From Myxococcota bacterium (GTDB taxonomy: Bacteria; Myxococcota_A; Bradymonadia; UBA7976; UBA1532): 64,000 nucleotides of DNA. The position numbers were made by a program, and so were the translations under genes. The stretch lies in NCBI GenBank assembly GCA_036337435.1, contig JAYZEG010000069.1:1-64000 (forward strand). The letters run 5' to 3'. Below are positions 10,117 through 20,280 of this stretch, piece by piece. Numbering within the stretch: the first letter of the stretch is position 1; each line of letters starts with the position of its first letter. Below the pieces are notes generated by a model that worked only from the letters and a program-made list of their open reading frames with translations, was not told the DNA's origin and did not search any database.

Positions 10117-12257
10117 TGAAATTGCCTCAAGCGTTTATTCAATTGGGTGTAACGGGCGAGACCGTCGGTATTCCTGATGGCACGCATCAGGGCTTTTTCT
10201 TGGCCCACGACGATGACCAGTTGTTTGCCACGGGTGACGGCTGTGTACAGTAAATTTCGCTGCAGCATCAGCCAATGTTCCGTCAAGACCGGTATGATCA
10301 CAGCCGGGTATTCGCTGCCTTGGGATTTGTGAACGGAACACGCATATGCCAGGCCAATTCGCTCTAATCCGTCCCGATCGTATTCGATCACGCGCTGATC
10401 GAAACGAATCACAGCCCCAGATGCACTCTGTGCAATAATGCGGCCCACATCGCCATTGAAAACATCTTTCTGATAGTCATTCTTCTGTTGCATCACCTTG
10501 TCGCCTACTCGATAGGACACAGGTCCTTTTCGAACTGGGCGGCCGTCTGGATTCAGGAGGGCCTGCAAGCGCTCATTGAGGCGATTTGCACCGCAGACTC
10601 CTCGATGCATTGGAGTCAACACTTGGATATCTTCAATTGGATCGAGTGCGAATCGATTGGGGATGCGGTTTTTGATCATCGTTTCGATCAATGCAGCTGC
10701 ACGTTCAGGCGTCTCGGCTGGAATAATGAAAAAATCCGAATCGTCTCTGGATTGGCCTGAATCCGGTTGGTGTCCGTTCAAAATCTGATACGCACTGGTG
10801 ACGATTTGACTGTCGTTTGCTTGTCGGTGAACGGTTGTCAATGTCATGGTCTGCACACGACCTGAGGCCATCAAATCCGCGAGAACATTCCCGGCTCCAA
10901 CGGACGGTAATTGGTCTGAATCGCCCACAAAAACGATTCGGGCACCGCTGGGAATCGCCCGCATCAACGCGATGGCGAGGTTTTGATCGAGCATTGAGAC
11001 CTCATCGATAATGAAGGCATCGCCCTCTAGCGGTTCGTTCTCATCGTGCCTAAAGCCTTCGACTGGGTGGTAACCCAGTAGCCTATGAATGGTCGATGCC
11101 GACACGCCCGTTGCTTCTGCCAAGCGTCGGGATGCACGTCCTGTTGGTGCAGCAAGCGTGACCCGTAAACCGGCCATAGCAAACATTTTCTGGATGGCTC
11201 TGACCGTGGTGGTCTTACCGGTTCCAGGCCCGCCGGTTAGAATCAAAAGGGCATGGTTACATGCGTACTTGACGGCTTGCCGCTGTTCTTCAGCAAGGCT
11301 GACGCCAAGCCGTTTGTCAATGAAGTCATCGTCTAATTGTAACGGATCGATTTCGGCCAGAAGACGACCTTCTATTTGTTCGGCTAATTCGATCTCCGTT
11401 GCGAGAACATTTTTCAAATAGAGTCCATCATCATCGATTAAGCGACCTTCTGTGACGAGTCGCTCTAATTCAATGTCGATGGGCGCCTCGGCCCCTATGA
11501 GCGACTCGACTCGCGCGGTCAGCTCCGATTTCGGCAAGAAAACGTGTCCGTCATCGAGAGCCCTGCCCAGCATATGAATCAATGCGGCGGCCGCTCTGAT
11601 TGGGCTATCGGGACTAAAGCCCAAACTTTGCGCGATTTGGTCAGCGGTCTTAAAACCAATACCGCCGACTTCTTCGGCCAGGCGATAGGGGTTTTCCCGC
11701 ACCAGATTAATTGTTTGTTCATGGTATCGATGCCATATCCGGTTGGCCAGTGCAGGTCCCAAATCGAGGCCCTGCAAGAAGATGAGTGCATCCCGCTGGA
11801 AGACTTGGTCTGTGACTTGCTCACAAATTTCCTTCGACCGTTTAGGCCCGATTCCGTCGACCTCGCATAGACGGTTTGGCGCATGAATGATGATGTCTAG
11901 GGTCTCCGTGCTGAAGTAGTCGACCAGACGTTGAGCCAGTTTGGGTCCGATACTCGGGATTCGCCCGCTCGATAAATAAGCGATGAGACCAGATTCCGTA
12001 TGCGGTAGAATCGGCTGGCACGCACTCACTTTGAACTGATGACCGAAGCGCGCATCCTGTCTGAAACGGCCGATGAGTCGAACGCGGTCTCCATCGCTGA
12101 TCCCGCCCAACTCGCCGGCAATTCGCAGAAGCTCAGTCTGATCATCCAGTGCCAGTAGACCGACCGCAAACCGATCATCATCACCACGGAACAAGATACG
12201 CTTCACGGTGCCTTCAATGGTTTCCGATGAGGTTTCGATGTGTGTCTTGTCGTTCAC
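10113..12257 (-). CDS. recD2: ATP-dependent RecD2-like SF1 DNA helicase
   Basis: HhH motifs (IGPKLA, GIGPKR), NPYRL..IGFKTAD, GGPGTGKT, APTGRA, IIDEVSM, GDSDQLPSVG, HKSQGSEY, LLYTAVTRG. Confidence 0.95.
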   Translation of the reverse strand: MNDKTHIETSSETIEGTVKRILFRGDDDRFAVGLLALDDQTELLRIAGELGGISDGDRVRLIGRFRQDARFGHQFKVSACQPILPHTESGLIAYLSSGRIPSIGPKLAQRLVDYFSTETLDIIIHAPNRLCEVDGIGPKRSKEICEQVTDQVFQRDALIFLQGLDLGPALANRIWHRYHEQTINLVRENPYRLAEEVGGIGFKTADQIAQSLGFSPDSPIRAAAALIHMLGRALDDGHVFLPKSELTARVESLIGAEAPIDIELERLVTEGRLIDDDGLYLKNVLATEIELAEQIEGRLLAEIDPLQLDDDFIDKRLGVSLAEEQRQAVKYACNHALLILTGGPGTGKTTTVRAIQKMFAMAGLRVTLAAPTGRASRRLAEATGVSASTIHRLLGYHPVEGFRHDENEPLEGDAFIIDEVSMLDQNLAIALMRAIPSGARIVFVGDSDQLPSVGAGNVLADLMASGRVQTMTLTTVHRQANDSQIVTSAYQILNGHQPDSGQSRDDSDFFIIPAETPERAAALIETMIKNRIPNRFALDPIEDIQVLTPMHRGVCGANRLNERLQALLNPDGRPVRKGPVSYRVGDKVMQQKNDYQKDVFNGDVGRIIAQSASGAVIRFDQRVIEYDRDGLERIGLAYACSVHKSQGSEYPAVIIPVLTEHWLMLQRNLLYTAVTRGKQLVIVVGQEKALMRAIRNTDGLARYTQLNKRLRQFQ

Positions 12258-12380
12258 CTCGTATTTTTACCTCAGATGTATGGGTTTCTGCGACGTAATT
12301 TGGGTTCGGGCCCTTTGGCATCGACAGTAAAGGCGTAATCAGGCTCAATAGGGTGAATCAATATCACAGCCGAGGCTTGA

Positions 12381-13556
12381 ATGAGACCGCTCAATCAACT
12401 CGAATCCGTTTTTCGAGTCTGCGACCGCGCTTCACCATTTAATTTCGTCGTTTTTGCCCAAATTTCCGGGGCCATTAGCATGAACGCCTTACAGGCCGCC
12501 TGTAGCAACCAATTGACGCGTTACCCTCGCTTGACCTATTCAATCGATGACGAACAAGCGCCAGCGGGTGCATGGGTTCCCACTGTTCGGCAGCCTAAAG
12601 TTGAAATGGTAGGGGGGCCAGGCCTCCAAGCACATTTGAATCAATGCTTGAATTCGCCTTTCGAATGTCCTGATGAACCACTGATGCGTGTACGCTGGTA
12701 CAAGTCTGACGGTGAGCAATATTTAATGCTGTGCCTCAATCATGTGGTCGCAGACGGACGTTCCGGCCTGAGACTATTTGAAAGCCTAGTCTCTGACTTG
12801 GCGGCGATCCAAGACGGTCGGCCATGCACGCCTCCATCCGATGGCGAAGAGCCTTTCTGTGATTCCATTAAAGGCCCCGTCGGTCGCATCGCCCCCATGG
12901 GTGGTCGACAGTTTAAATCAGCTCAGGTGCAAGACCGCCGCACGGTTGTCATGCCCATTTTATTCGATGTGGCAACAACGCAGAAATTGGTTGAAAAAAC
13001 GCGACGCTTTGGTGTGTCGATGAGCGGCTTAATCGCCGCTTGCCACGGGATGTCAGTGATGGACGCATCAGGTGGACCTGGTTCAGTCTCAATGAGTTTC
13101 CCCGTCGATTGGCGCGGTCGCGTCACCGGTCTTGATTCGGACTACTTTGGTGTCGCTGTTGGCAATGCAAAACTGTTGTATAGACTGGGGTACAAAGAGG
13201 ATATCTGGGCATTGACACGCAGGATATCAGGCGATTTGAAGAGGGTCTCAGGCTCTGCGCCACCTCGAACAACGGACATCGACCCGATGGTCATCTACCA
13301 ATCTCGGAGCACGGCTGCTGTGAGTAATGTTGGGAAGGTTTCTTGGTCAGGTCGCGCCAATGGGATCTCTGTCAGCCACTTAGGCTTTGCTGTCGGTTGT
13401 AGTTATTTTGGCGATCACATCTTGACCGCAACGACCCACAATGGACAGTTGCAGATGACCTATTGCGTCGTTCCCGAAACGATTCCCGCCGACAAAGCTC
13501 AAGCGATCATCGCCGACACCGTCGATGCCCTTAAAGTGATTGCTGTTACGCCTTAA
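12381..13556 (+). CDS. Condensation-superfamily (PapA5/alcohol acyltransferase-like) acyltransferase
   Basis: HxxxDG motif (NHVVADGRSG), PVDWR, SNVG. Confidence 0.75.
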   Translation: MRPLNQLESVFRVCDRASPFNFVVFAQISGAISMNALQAACSNQLTRYPRLTYSIDDEQAPAGAWVPTVRQPKVEMVGGPGLQAHLNQCLNSPFECPDEPLMRVRWYKSDGEQYLMLCLNHVVADGRSGLRLFESLVSDLAAIQDGRPCTPPSDGEEPFCDSIKGPVGRIAPMGGRQFKSAQVQDRRTVVMPILFDVATTQKLVEKTRRFGVSMSGLIAACHGMSVMDASGGPGSVSMSFPVDWRGRVTGLDSDYFGVAVGNAKLLYRLGYKEDIWALTRRISGDLKRVSGSAPPRTTDIDPMVIYQSRSTAAVSNVGKVSWSGRANGISVSHLGFAVGCSYFGDHILTATTHNGQLQMTYCVVPETIPADKAQAIIADTVDALKVIAVTP

Positions 13557-13559
13557 AAA

Positions 13560-15698
13560 TTAGACTCGAGGGAAGAATTGTTCGCCGGCGTCTGCCATCT
13601 GACGAAGTCGTTCTGGAACCTGATACCGGCTCCCATGTTCGTGTGTTAACGCATCGAGTGCACTGACGACAAATGGGAGACCCTTACGATCGCACCATGC
13701 GAATGGCCCGCCGGTGTTCGGTGCAAATCCGACGCCAAAAATAGCCCCGATTTCGCCGTCTGCGGTTGACCTCAAGATGCCTTCATCGAGGCACCGTATT
13801 GCCTCTAAAACCTGTGTCAGCATCAAACGGTCCTGGCATTTTTTCATCAAAATATGTGGGTCAGACTCGGTGACCTGGGCTTCGGCTAGATCTGCTAACC
13901 CGGGCCAAAGAGTCCGTTTCTTGCCATCATATTGATAGAAGCCTCGTCCCGATGATTTTCCGTTTCGTTCCAAGTTCACCAGGGCTCTGACCAGCCGTAC
14001 GCCTGGTTCATCAAGGGGTTTGCCATCATACTTTTCCCGCATGTCAAATCCGTGTGCAGCCAGTGATAAGGTCACCTCGTCAAACACCTTCAAGGGTGGG
14101 ACAACCATGCCCGCGGCGGACGCGGCTCGTTCGATAAGGACGGGAGGATAGCCCTGTGCCACCAGTTGGGCAGCTTCCATTACGTAGGCCGAAAAGAGCC
14201 GCGTTGTGTAGAACCCATAGCCATCATTCACGACGATAGATGTCTTCTTGATTCGACGGCCGAAACTTAAGGCTCTCGCCAAGGTTTCTTCGCTGGTGTG
14301 ATTTGCCTGAATGACTTCAAGCAGGGGCATTTGTTCTACGGGCGAAAAGAAATGGAGACCAATAAACTTGTCTGGTCTTGCAGACGCTTTCGCCAGGTCT
14401 GCAATGGGCAAAGCTGAGGTATTGGATGCAAAGATTGCATCGTTTTTGATGACAGCTTCAGTCTCCCTAATGACACGATGCTTCAGATCAATGTTTTCGA
14501 AAACTGCTTCGATAATGAGGTCACATTCGCTCAAGTCTTCAACCGCTAAAGTACCACTGATTTTGGCGAGCACTGCGGCTTTCTCGTCCGTGCTCAAAAA
14601 ACGCAATCGTTTATCGACTTGAGTTCTACAGTGGGTGAGTCCGCAATCAAGCGCGTCTTGATTAATGTCCTTTAAAATGACCTTGTACCCCCGCCTGGCA
14701 CAAATGAATGCAAGACCTGCACCCATCATGCCCGCACCCAATATCCCAACCGTTTCGATGCGAGCCTCACTGATTTTTGGCAGGTCCGCCTGTCGTTCCA
14801 CTGCATTTTTGTGAAACCAGAAGGTGCGGATCATGTCCTTCGATTGGTCCGAGACGACACATGTTGTAAAATATCGTGCTTCTATTTTCAGGGCTGAATC
14901 GAAGTCGAGATGGCACCCCTCGTAAATGGCCTGTACAGCTGCTTCTGGCGCTCGGAAGGCACCCTTTGTTTTCTTGACCAACATGGCTGCACCGCCTGCG
15001 AATAGCTGGCGACCCATTGCCGAGTCTGGTTGGACCCCACCCGGAAACAGAAATGTTGATTCATCCCAGGGCTGCTTTGTTTTTGGACGGTTCTGAATCC
15101 AAGCCGTTGCCATTTCAAAGACGTCAGCCTGTGTGTTTGCGAGCTCGTCGATCAACCCTTTCGATAATGCTTTCTTTGCGCGAAGCACCTGGCCCTGAGC
15201 AATCACTTCAAGGGCGGGTTGCAGGCCAATGAGTCGGGGCAACCTTTGGGTTCCTCCGCCGCCTGGGATAAGACCAAGGTTCACTTCCGGCAGTCCAATT
15301 TGCACCGACGGTGTATCCACCGCAATTCGATGGTGACATGCGAGTGCAAGTTCGTAACCTCCGCCGAGCGCCGACCCGGTCAATGCCGCGACCACCGGTT
15401 TTCCGCAGGTCTCGATCCGTCTTAAGTTGGCATGAAAAACGGCGATTGTCGTAGCCAATTGTTTCGGATCCCTCGCCTCATAGACATAGTCGATATCAGC
15501 ACCGACACAGAAATCTTTGTGGGCACTGGCGATGATAATTCCTTTTAGGTCTTCGTATTTAAGTGCCGTTTCAAACGCGGGCTGAAACCCCTCGCCGAAG
15601 GCCGGATTAATCTTATTGGCGCGGCCATCCATTTGCATCCAGATGGTCGCGATGCCCAGTTTCGAATCGAATTCGACTTTAAATTGCTCTTGCATCAT
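13560..15698 (-). CDS. fadB: Fatty-acid oxidation complex alpha subunit (enoyl-CoA hydratase / 3-hydroxyacyl-CoA dehydrogenase)
   Basis: FCVGADI, ALGGGYELALACH, GLPEV.LGLIPGGGGTQRLPR, GAGMMGAG, SNTSALPI, GLHFFSPV. Confidence 0.95.
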   Translation of the reverse strand: MMQEQFKVEFDSKLGIATIWMQMDGRANKINPAFGEGFQPAFETALKYEDLKGIIIASAHKDFCVGADIDYVYEARDPKQLATTIAVFHANLRRIETCGKPVVAALTGSALGGGYELALACHHRIAVDTPSVQIGLPEVNLGLIPGGGGTQRLPRLIGLQPALEVIAQGQVLRAKKALSKGLIDELANTQADVFEMATAWIQNRPKTKQPWDESTFLFPGGVQPDSAMGRQLFAGGAAMLVKKTKGAFRAPEAAVQAIYEGCHLDFDSALKIEARYFTTCVVSDQSKDMIRTFWFHKNAVERQADLPKISEARIETVGILGAGMMGAGLAFICARRGYKVILKDINQDALDCGLTHCRTQVDKRLRFLSTDEKAAVLAKISGTLAVEDLSECDLIIEAVFENIDLKHRVIRETEAVIKNDAIFASNTSALPIADLAKASARPDKFIGLHFFSPVEQMPLLEVIQANHTSEETLARALSFGRRIKKTSIVVNDGYGFYTTRLFSAYVMEAAQLVAQGYPPVLIERAASAAGMVVPPLKVFDEVTLSLAAHGFDMREKYDGKPLDEPGVRLVRALVNLERNGKSSGRGFYQYDGKKRTLWPGLADLAEAQVTESDPHILMKKCQDRLMLTQVLEAIRCLDEGILRSTADGEIGAIFGVGFAPNTGGPFAWCDRKGLPFVVSALDALTHEHGSRYQVPERLRQMADAGEQFFPRV

Positions 15699-15706
15699 GG
15701 CCCCCT

Positions 15707-16912
15707 CTAAACACGCTCAATAATTGTCGCGATTCCCATTCCACCCCCAATACACAAAGTCACTAGGCCGGTCGTCAAGTCTCTCTCTTCGAGTTCATCA
15801 AGGACCGTTCCCAACAACACCGCACCTGTTGCGCCCAAGGGATGTCCGAGCGCGATCGCACCACCATTGACATTAATTTTTGCTAAATCGACCCCGAGCT
15901 CTTTGGCAAAGAAAAGCGGTACAGCCGCAAACGCCTCATTGACTTCGAATAGGTCGATGTCACCAATCTGCATGCCTGCCTTCCTCAAGACGCGCTGTGT
16001 CGCAGGAACAGGGCCCGATAGCATCAGAACCGGTTCATCACCGACCGACGCAAGGGCGCGAATTTTTGCTCTCGGGCGAAGACCATAATTGGCTTTTGCG
16101 GACTCATTACCGATCAGTACAGCGGCTGCGCCATCGACGATGCCACTGGAGTTCCCAGCCGTGTGGATGTGATTGATACGTTCCACGTGGGGATACCGCT
16201 TCTGGGTCAGCGCATCGAGACCAAACTGGGTTCCCATCATTTCAAAAGCGGGTCGGAGTTGAGATAAGCTCTCTTCTGTTGTCTCCGGCCTGAGGTGTTC
16301 ATCCTCATCGAGTAGAAGCAATCCATTTTGGTCATAGACCGGTTCGACACTTTGGGTGAAGGCACCACGGGCCTGGGCTTGGGCAGCTTTGCGTTGACTT
16401 CCAGCTGCGAACTTGTCCGCATCCTGGCGGCTAATGGCATTGAGTGTTGCCAATAGGTCCGCGCTGATCCCCTGTGGAACCGTCCCGTATTCGAATGCCA
16501 TCGTCGGATCCCAAATTGCGCCACCATCGCTGCCCATTTGAACCCGAGACATACTCTCGACACCACCGGCGATAACCAGGTCACAAAAACCAGACGCAAC
16601 TTTGGCGGCGGCACCGTTGACAGCTTCCAGACCGGACCCGCAAAATCGATTGAGAGTGACAGCGGGAACCGACTCATCGTAGCCCGCTTCGAGGACTGCG
16701 GTGCGTCCGATGCATGCCCCTTGTTCGCCGACCTGAGTGACGCATCCGATGGTGACATCGTCCAAAATAGACGTATTCAGCTCGGTTCGTCGTTGGAGTC
16801 CCCTGAGTGCCGTACCCAATAGGTCTACAGCTTTCACCGTGTGAAGACGGCCGTCTTTTTTGCCTCGCCCCCTCGGTGTCCTGACAGCATCAAAGATATA
16901 CGCCCCAGACAT
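15707..16912 (-). CDS. fadA: Acetyl-CoA acyltransferase (thiolase)
   Basis: RTPRGR, NRFCGSGLEA, NEAFA, GGAIALGHPLGATG, LCIGGGMG. Confidence 0.95.
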   Translation of the reverse strand: MSGAYIFDAVRTPRGRGKKDGRLHTVKAVDLLGTALRGLQRRTELNTSILDDVTIGCVTQVGEQGACIGRTAVLEAGYDESVPAVTLNRFCGSGLEAVNGAAAKVASGFCDLVIAGGVESMSRVQMGSDGGAIWDPTMAFEYGTVPQGISADLLATLNAISRQDADKFAAGSQRKAAQAQARGAFTQSVEPVYDQNGLLLLDEDEHLRPETTEESLSQLRPAFEMMGTQFGLDALTQKRYPHVERINHIHTAGNSSGIVDGAAAVLIGNESAKANYGLRPRAKIRALASVGDEPVLMLSGPVPATQRVLRKAGMQIGDIDLFEVNEAFAAVPLFFAKELGVDLAKINVNGGAIALGHPLGATGAVLLGTVLDELEERDLTTGLVTLCIGGGMGIATIIERV

Positions 16913-16987
16913 ACAATGCTCCTCTCTCGCTCATAGGGATTGAACTGCGTTGAAGATCCGTCAGCAGCTCAGATATCCCTTAAAATT

Positions 16988-17009
16988 CAGTACTCGATTC
17001 TGAGTACGG
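16988..17009. promoter_or_regulatory. Inverted repeat upstream of fadA-fadB (possible repressor operator)
   Basis: CAGTACTC-GATTCT-GAGTACGG (7 of 8 arm positions match), about 75 bp upstream of the thiolase start. Confidence 0.4.
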
Positions 17010-17114
17010 CACACTACGATACGATCATCGGATGGTGACAAGTAAAGGGAATAATGAATCCTGGTTCAGTTTTGCTCCAGACCCTACGCTGGGTGAGACC
17101 AATCGGCCGTTAGA

Positions 17115-19388
17115 TCAGGGTGGGCCGCTTGAGGGGAGCCCCCCATCCATTTGCGAGTTCCTTCGTACGTATTGGCAGGAAAAATGGCGTGTGTCGAGAG
17201 GCTGAATGTTGTCCCCACAGAAGAAAGCGAGGCGCTCCTTGATTGCATCAAGCGCATCATTATGCCCGCTTCTAATAAATGCTTCAGCGGCCCTCAAAAC
17301 ATTAATGCGGGCCATCTGAGCTGCTGAAAAAGATGGGATTGCCAGTTGAGCAGAATAACACTTTGATGCCGATGCCCAATCATCAATACTGCTGTAGGCC
17401 AGTGCCTGCAAGGGGAGGTAATACCTGATGAGAGCTTGGCCTCCATACCCCCTAATAAAACTTTGAACGGCGAAATCCCCCTTTTCAATCCGGGGGGCTG
17501 TCATGAGCATGAATTCAAAAACGAGCGGCCTTAAATAGCGGGCTTGATTCGCAAGATGGGTTGTCGATTCCAGAAACGTAAAACACTGGTCTAACACGCT
17601 TTCATACTGACCCCTTTTCCAACTACGCAAGATTTTCACGTACTGGGCTGTGTGACGGACCCATTCAATTTTCGAGTTCATAGCCAGAGCCAAGTGTGCG
17701 TCGAGTAAGTGAGTCTCATCGCGCTCTAATTCACTCATCAGTAGGTGGATTCGAGCGAGGTCAGTGACGACGCCAGTTCCTTGATCGAGCAGCCGATTGA
17801 GATGTACCTGACTCTCATTGATTTGCCCAATGGACGCTAGGGCGACACTCAGGTAATAGGTCGCAGTCCATACATCATGCCGAGCAGTGTCTTGGCTTTT
17901 AACCTGCTGGAATCGACCATCTATGATCTGTTCCAGGACCGGTATTGCAGGCCGGTAATCCGGTTTTTTTGGATGACCTAGAATGGCTTGCTGCCATCTA
18001 AACGCGGCTCGCTGATGCAGGTGGGCGTACGTCAATGGTGTGTCAAGGCTTCGGCCCTTTTCGAGTTGATAGAGGCCTTTCTTGAGTTCGGGGAGGCTGT
18101 CACTCATCGGTCGAGATGCCAGACCAAAATCCGCATTGTAAGCCGAGAGGTGTGTCTTTGACCAGAGGACTCGATTATCAGTCCAACTGTGGGGGTTAAG
18201 TTGTCCCCGTGCCAGTTCGAGATGCCGTTTCGTAATCTCTACAAATTCATTGACCGCGATGGTTTGTTCCGGGCGGTGGCGATCCAATTGTCGCGTATGT
18301 GTTTGTCCAGCCGGTTTGTTGGCCAAGTCTTGTATGCGAGTCAACCCAATCACCGAAAGTGAAATTAGTCCGAGTCCAATGATATAGCTCCAACGGGGGA
18401 TCCATTGTGACTGATGTCCTTGAAAACGATTGTTCGACGGTGCGCGAGAGCCCATTGGGTCGGTTTTTCGATCCCGTACTGGAGCACCTTTGAATGTCAT
18501 AGGGTCTCCAGATTCAACTTGTTGAATCATCGGTTTAGCGGTCTTAAGAGTGCGGATTTGGCTCAATCGACTGGCGAGTTGCCGTGCCGTGGTGAGCTGT
18601 CCATCTCCATTAACCTGCAGGAGGTCCAACAAAACGTCACTCAGGTGGTGACATTTTTCGCTCTCTGCGCCAAACCGCTTCCTCAATTTTGCATTGAACG
18701 AGTCTACTTGGCCCAAGCCTGTTGCCGACTCACCGGTTAGGCACTGGTAAATCACAGTCCCTAGCCCGTAGAGGTCTACGCGTGCATCCTTAATTGAATC
18801 CGATTGTGCTTGCCTATTCCTCGTATGCCCTAGGTTGGCTGATCCTTTTCTGGCGTATTGAAAGCCAAAGCCTTTGAGCGTTGCGCATAAACCGTCTTCA
18901 GACTGTGTAATGATGATGTTTGCCGGGTTTATGTTTTGGTGAAGAATACCCAGTCGATGGCTTTCCTCCAGTGCGGAGCAAATATCCAGTGCGAGTTCGA
19001 CACATGTGTCAAGGTCGATTTGATGGCTATCGAGATAGTCGGAGAGTGTAGGGCCATCCAGGGCTTCGCAGACAATGTATCTCAACCCATCGGCTAATCG
19101 GCCGTGGTCGAGTAGGGAAACCACGCGTTCATGGCGTAGCCGCGTCAATGCGGTCGCTTCAGATTCAAACCGCTGTACAAATTCGGATGTTGATTCGTCT
19201 TGATGGCCAAAGACATGAACCACAACCAAGCGATCCAGTGCAACCTGTCGAGCTACGAAACTGCCATTGTTGACTGTATTGTCCAATGGACGTTCAACTC
19301 GATAGCGTTGTCCAATGAGTGTACCCGTCTCGATTTTGACGGCAGGCTGTGAGTCTCGGCCGGTGGTCATATTGCTTTGGGTCACCAA
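17115..19388 (-). CDS. Membrane-anchored Ser/Thr kinase-like protein (pseudokinase) with helical/TPR-like extracytoplasmic domain
   Basis: Hanks-type scaffold (RYRVE..., RFESEA..L.RLRH..VV...DHG, ALEESHRLGILH, DLYGLG..IYQCLTG) with catalytic motifs altered; one TM segment (YIIGLGLISLSVIGL). Confidence 0.8.
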   Translation of the reverse strand: MVTQSNMTTGRDSQPAVKIETGTLIGQRYRVERPLDNTVNNGSFVARQVALDRLVVVHVFGHQDESTSEFVQRFESEATALTRLRHERVVSLLDHGRLADGLRYIVCEALDGPTLSDYLDSHQIDLDTCVELALDICSALEESHRLGILHQNINPANIIITQSEDGLCATLKGFGFQYARKGSANLGHTRNRQAQSDSIKDARVDLYGLGTVIYQCLTGESATGLGQVDSFNAKLRKRFGAESEKCHHLSDVLLDLLQVNGDGQLTTARQLASRLSQIRTLKTAKPMIQQVESGDPMTFKGAPVRDRKTDPMGSRAPSNNRFQGHQSQWIPRWSYIIGLGLISLSVIGLTRIQDLANKPAGQTHTRQLDRHRPEQTIAVNEFVEITKRHLELARGQLNPHSWTDNRVLWSKTHLSAYNADFGLASRPMSDSLPELKKGLYQLEKGRSLDTPLTYAHLHQRAAFRWQQAILGHPKKPDYRPAIPVLEQIIDGRFQQVKSQDTARHDVWTATYYLSVALASIGQINESQVHLNRLLDQGTGVVTDLARIHLLMSELERDETHLLDAHLALAMNSKIEWVRHTAQYVKILRSWKRGQYESVLDQCFTFLESTTHLANQARYLRPLVFEFMLMTAPRIEKGDFAVQSFIRGYGGQALIRYYLPLQALAYSSIDDWASASKCYSAQLAIPSFSAAQMARINVLRAAEAFIRSGHNDALDAIKERLAFFCGDNIQPLDTRHFSCQYVRRNSQMDGGLPSSGPP

Positions 19389-19425
19389 AAGGGTCGGGTC
19401 TTACGAAAACGTCTTTCGACGCAAG

Positions 19426-19689
19426 TTAAGCAGTCTTACGTCGACGCGCGATGACAAATAAAACGCCACCAACGATAAAACACGTCGCAGACGCGCCACC
19501 ATAAATATCTAGGCCGGGTTCAAACACGTCCACCCATTTGTCGGGAAGTGGGTCACCAAAGTCATCGGTCCCATCTTGTTTAACCAATTTCTGCGTTAAC
19601 GTGGCCAGGTGTCGTGGCTCAGACAAAGCATACCAATAGGATAAGATGGCAAAACCGAGACCAAAAAGCACCAATGATGCTTTGTTCAT
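19426..19689 (-). CDS. Small two-TM membrane protein
   Basis: 87 aa; hydrophobic ends flank a DDFGDP..KW...F.PGLD loop; basic tail; starts immediately after the YceI stop. Confidence 0.75.
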   Translation of the reverse strand: MNKASLVLFGLGFAILSYWYALSEPRHLATLTQKLVKQDGTDDFGDPLPDKWVDVFEPGLDIYGGASATCFIVGGVLFVIARRRKTA

Positions 19690-20271
19690 TTAGTTCCCCT
19701 TACCCCTCAGCGATACCGTAATATCAATGGTCTTTCCCACTTTACTTCCAACGATGCCTGTTGCGCCTTCAACTTTGTAGTCAGCGAGCTTCACTTGGAA
19801 TTTTGACATGATTTTGTATTTGTCACCCTTCCACTTCACATCAGCCTTTGTCGAAATCGACTTTGTCACGCCATGGAGGCTCAGATCACCATTTAAGGTC
19901 ACCGTGCCGGTCGAGACGTCTTTGTCTTTTTTCAGTTCACCGTTTGCACTCGCAGATTTGATGACGAACGTGATCTCAGGGAATTGTTTTTCATCGAGCC
20001 AAGTATCTGAACGTAGATGTTCATCCCGCTGGTCATTTCCTGTTTTCATTCCCGCTACAGAGACAGATGCTTTTCCGGTTATGGATCCCAGACTTTGCTT
20101 ATCGATATTGAACTCGCCTGTCGCGGGCGCGGTGCCTTCAATCCGTTCCATAGGCGCATCGCTGATAAATTGAATATTGCCCTTGAATTTGATGGTCGTT
20201 GGTTGGGCCAGCACCGGTGAGAGCCCCATGAGAATTGATGCAGCTGAAAAGATTAAAACATTGAACTTCAT
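19690..20271 (-). CDS. YceI-family polyisoprenoid-binding periplasmic protein
   Basis: Signal peptide; TGNDQRDEHL...LD..QFPEITF...GDLSLHGVTK. Confidence 0.92.
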   Translation of the reverse strand: MKFNVLIFSAASILMGLSPVLAQPTTIKFKGNIQFISDAPMERIEGTAPATGEFNIDKQSLGSITGKASVSVAGMKTGNDQRDEHLRSDTWLDEKQFPEITFVIKSASANGELKKDKDVSTGTVTLNGDLSLHGVTKSISTKADVKWKGDKYKIMSKFQVKLADYKVEGATGIVGSKVGKTIDITVSLRGKGN

Positions 20272-20280
20272 AACGTTCCC

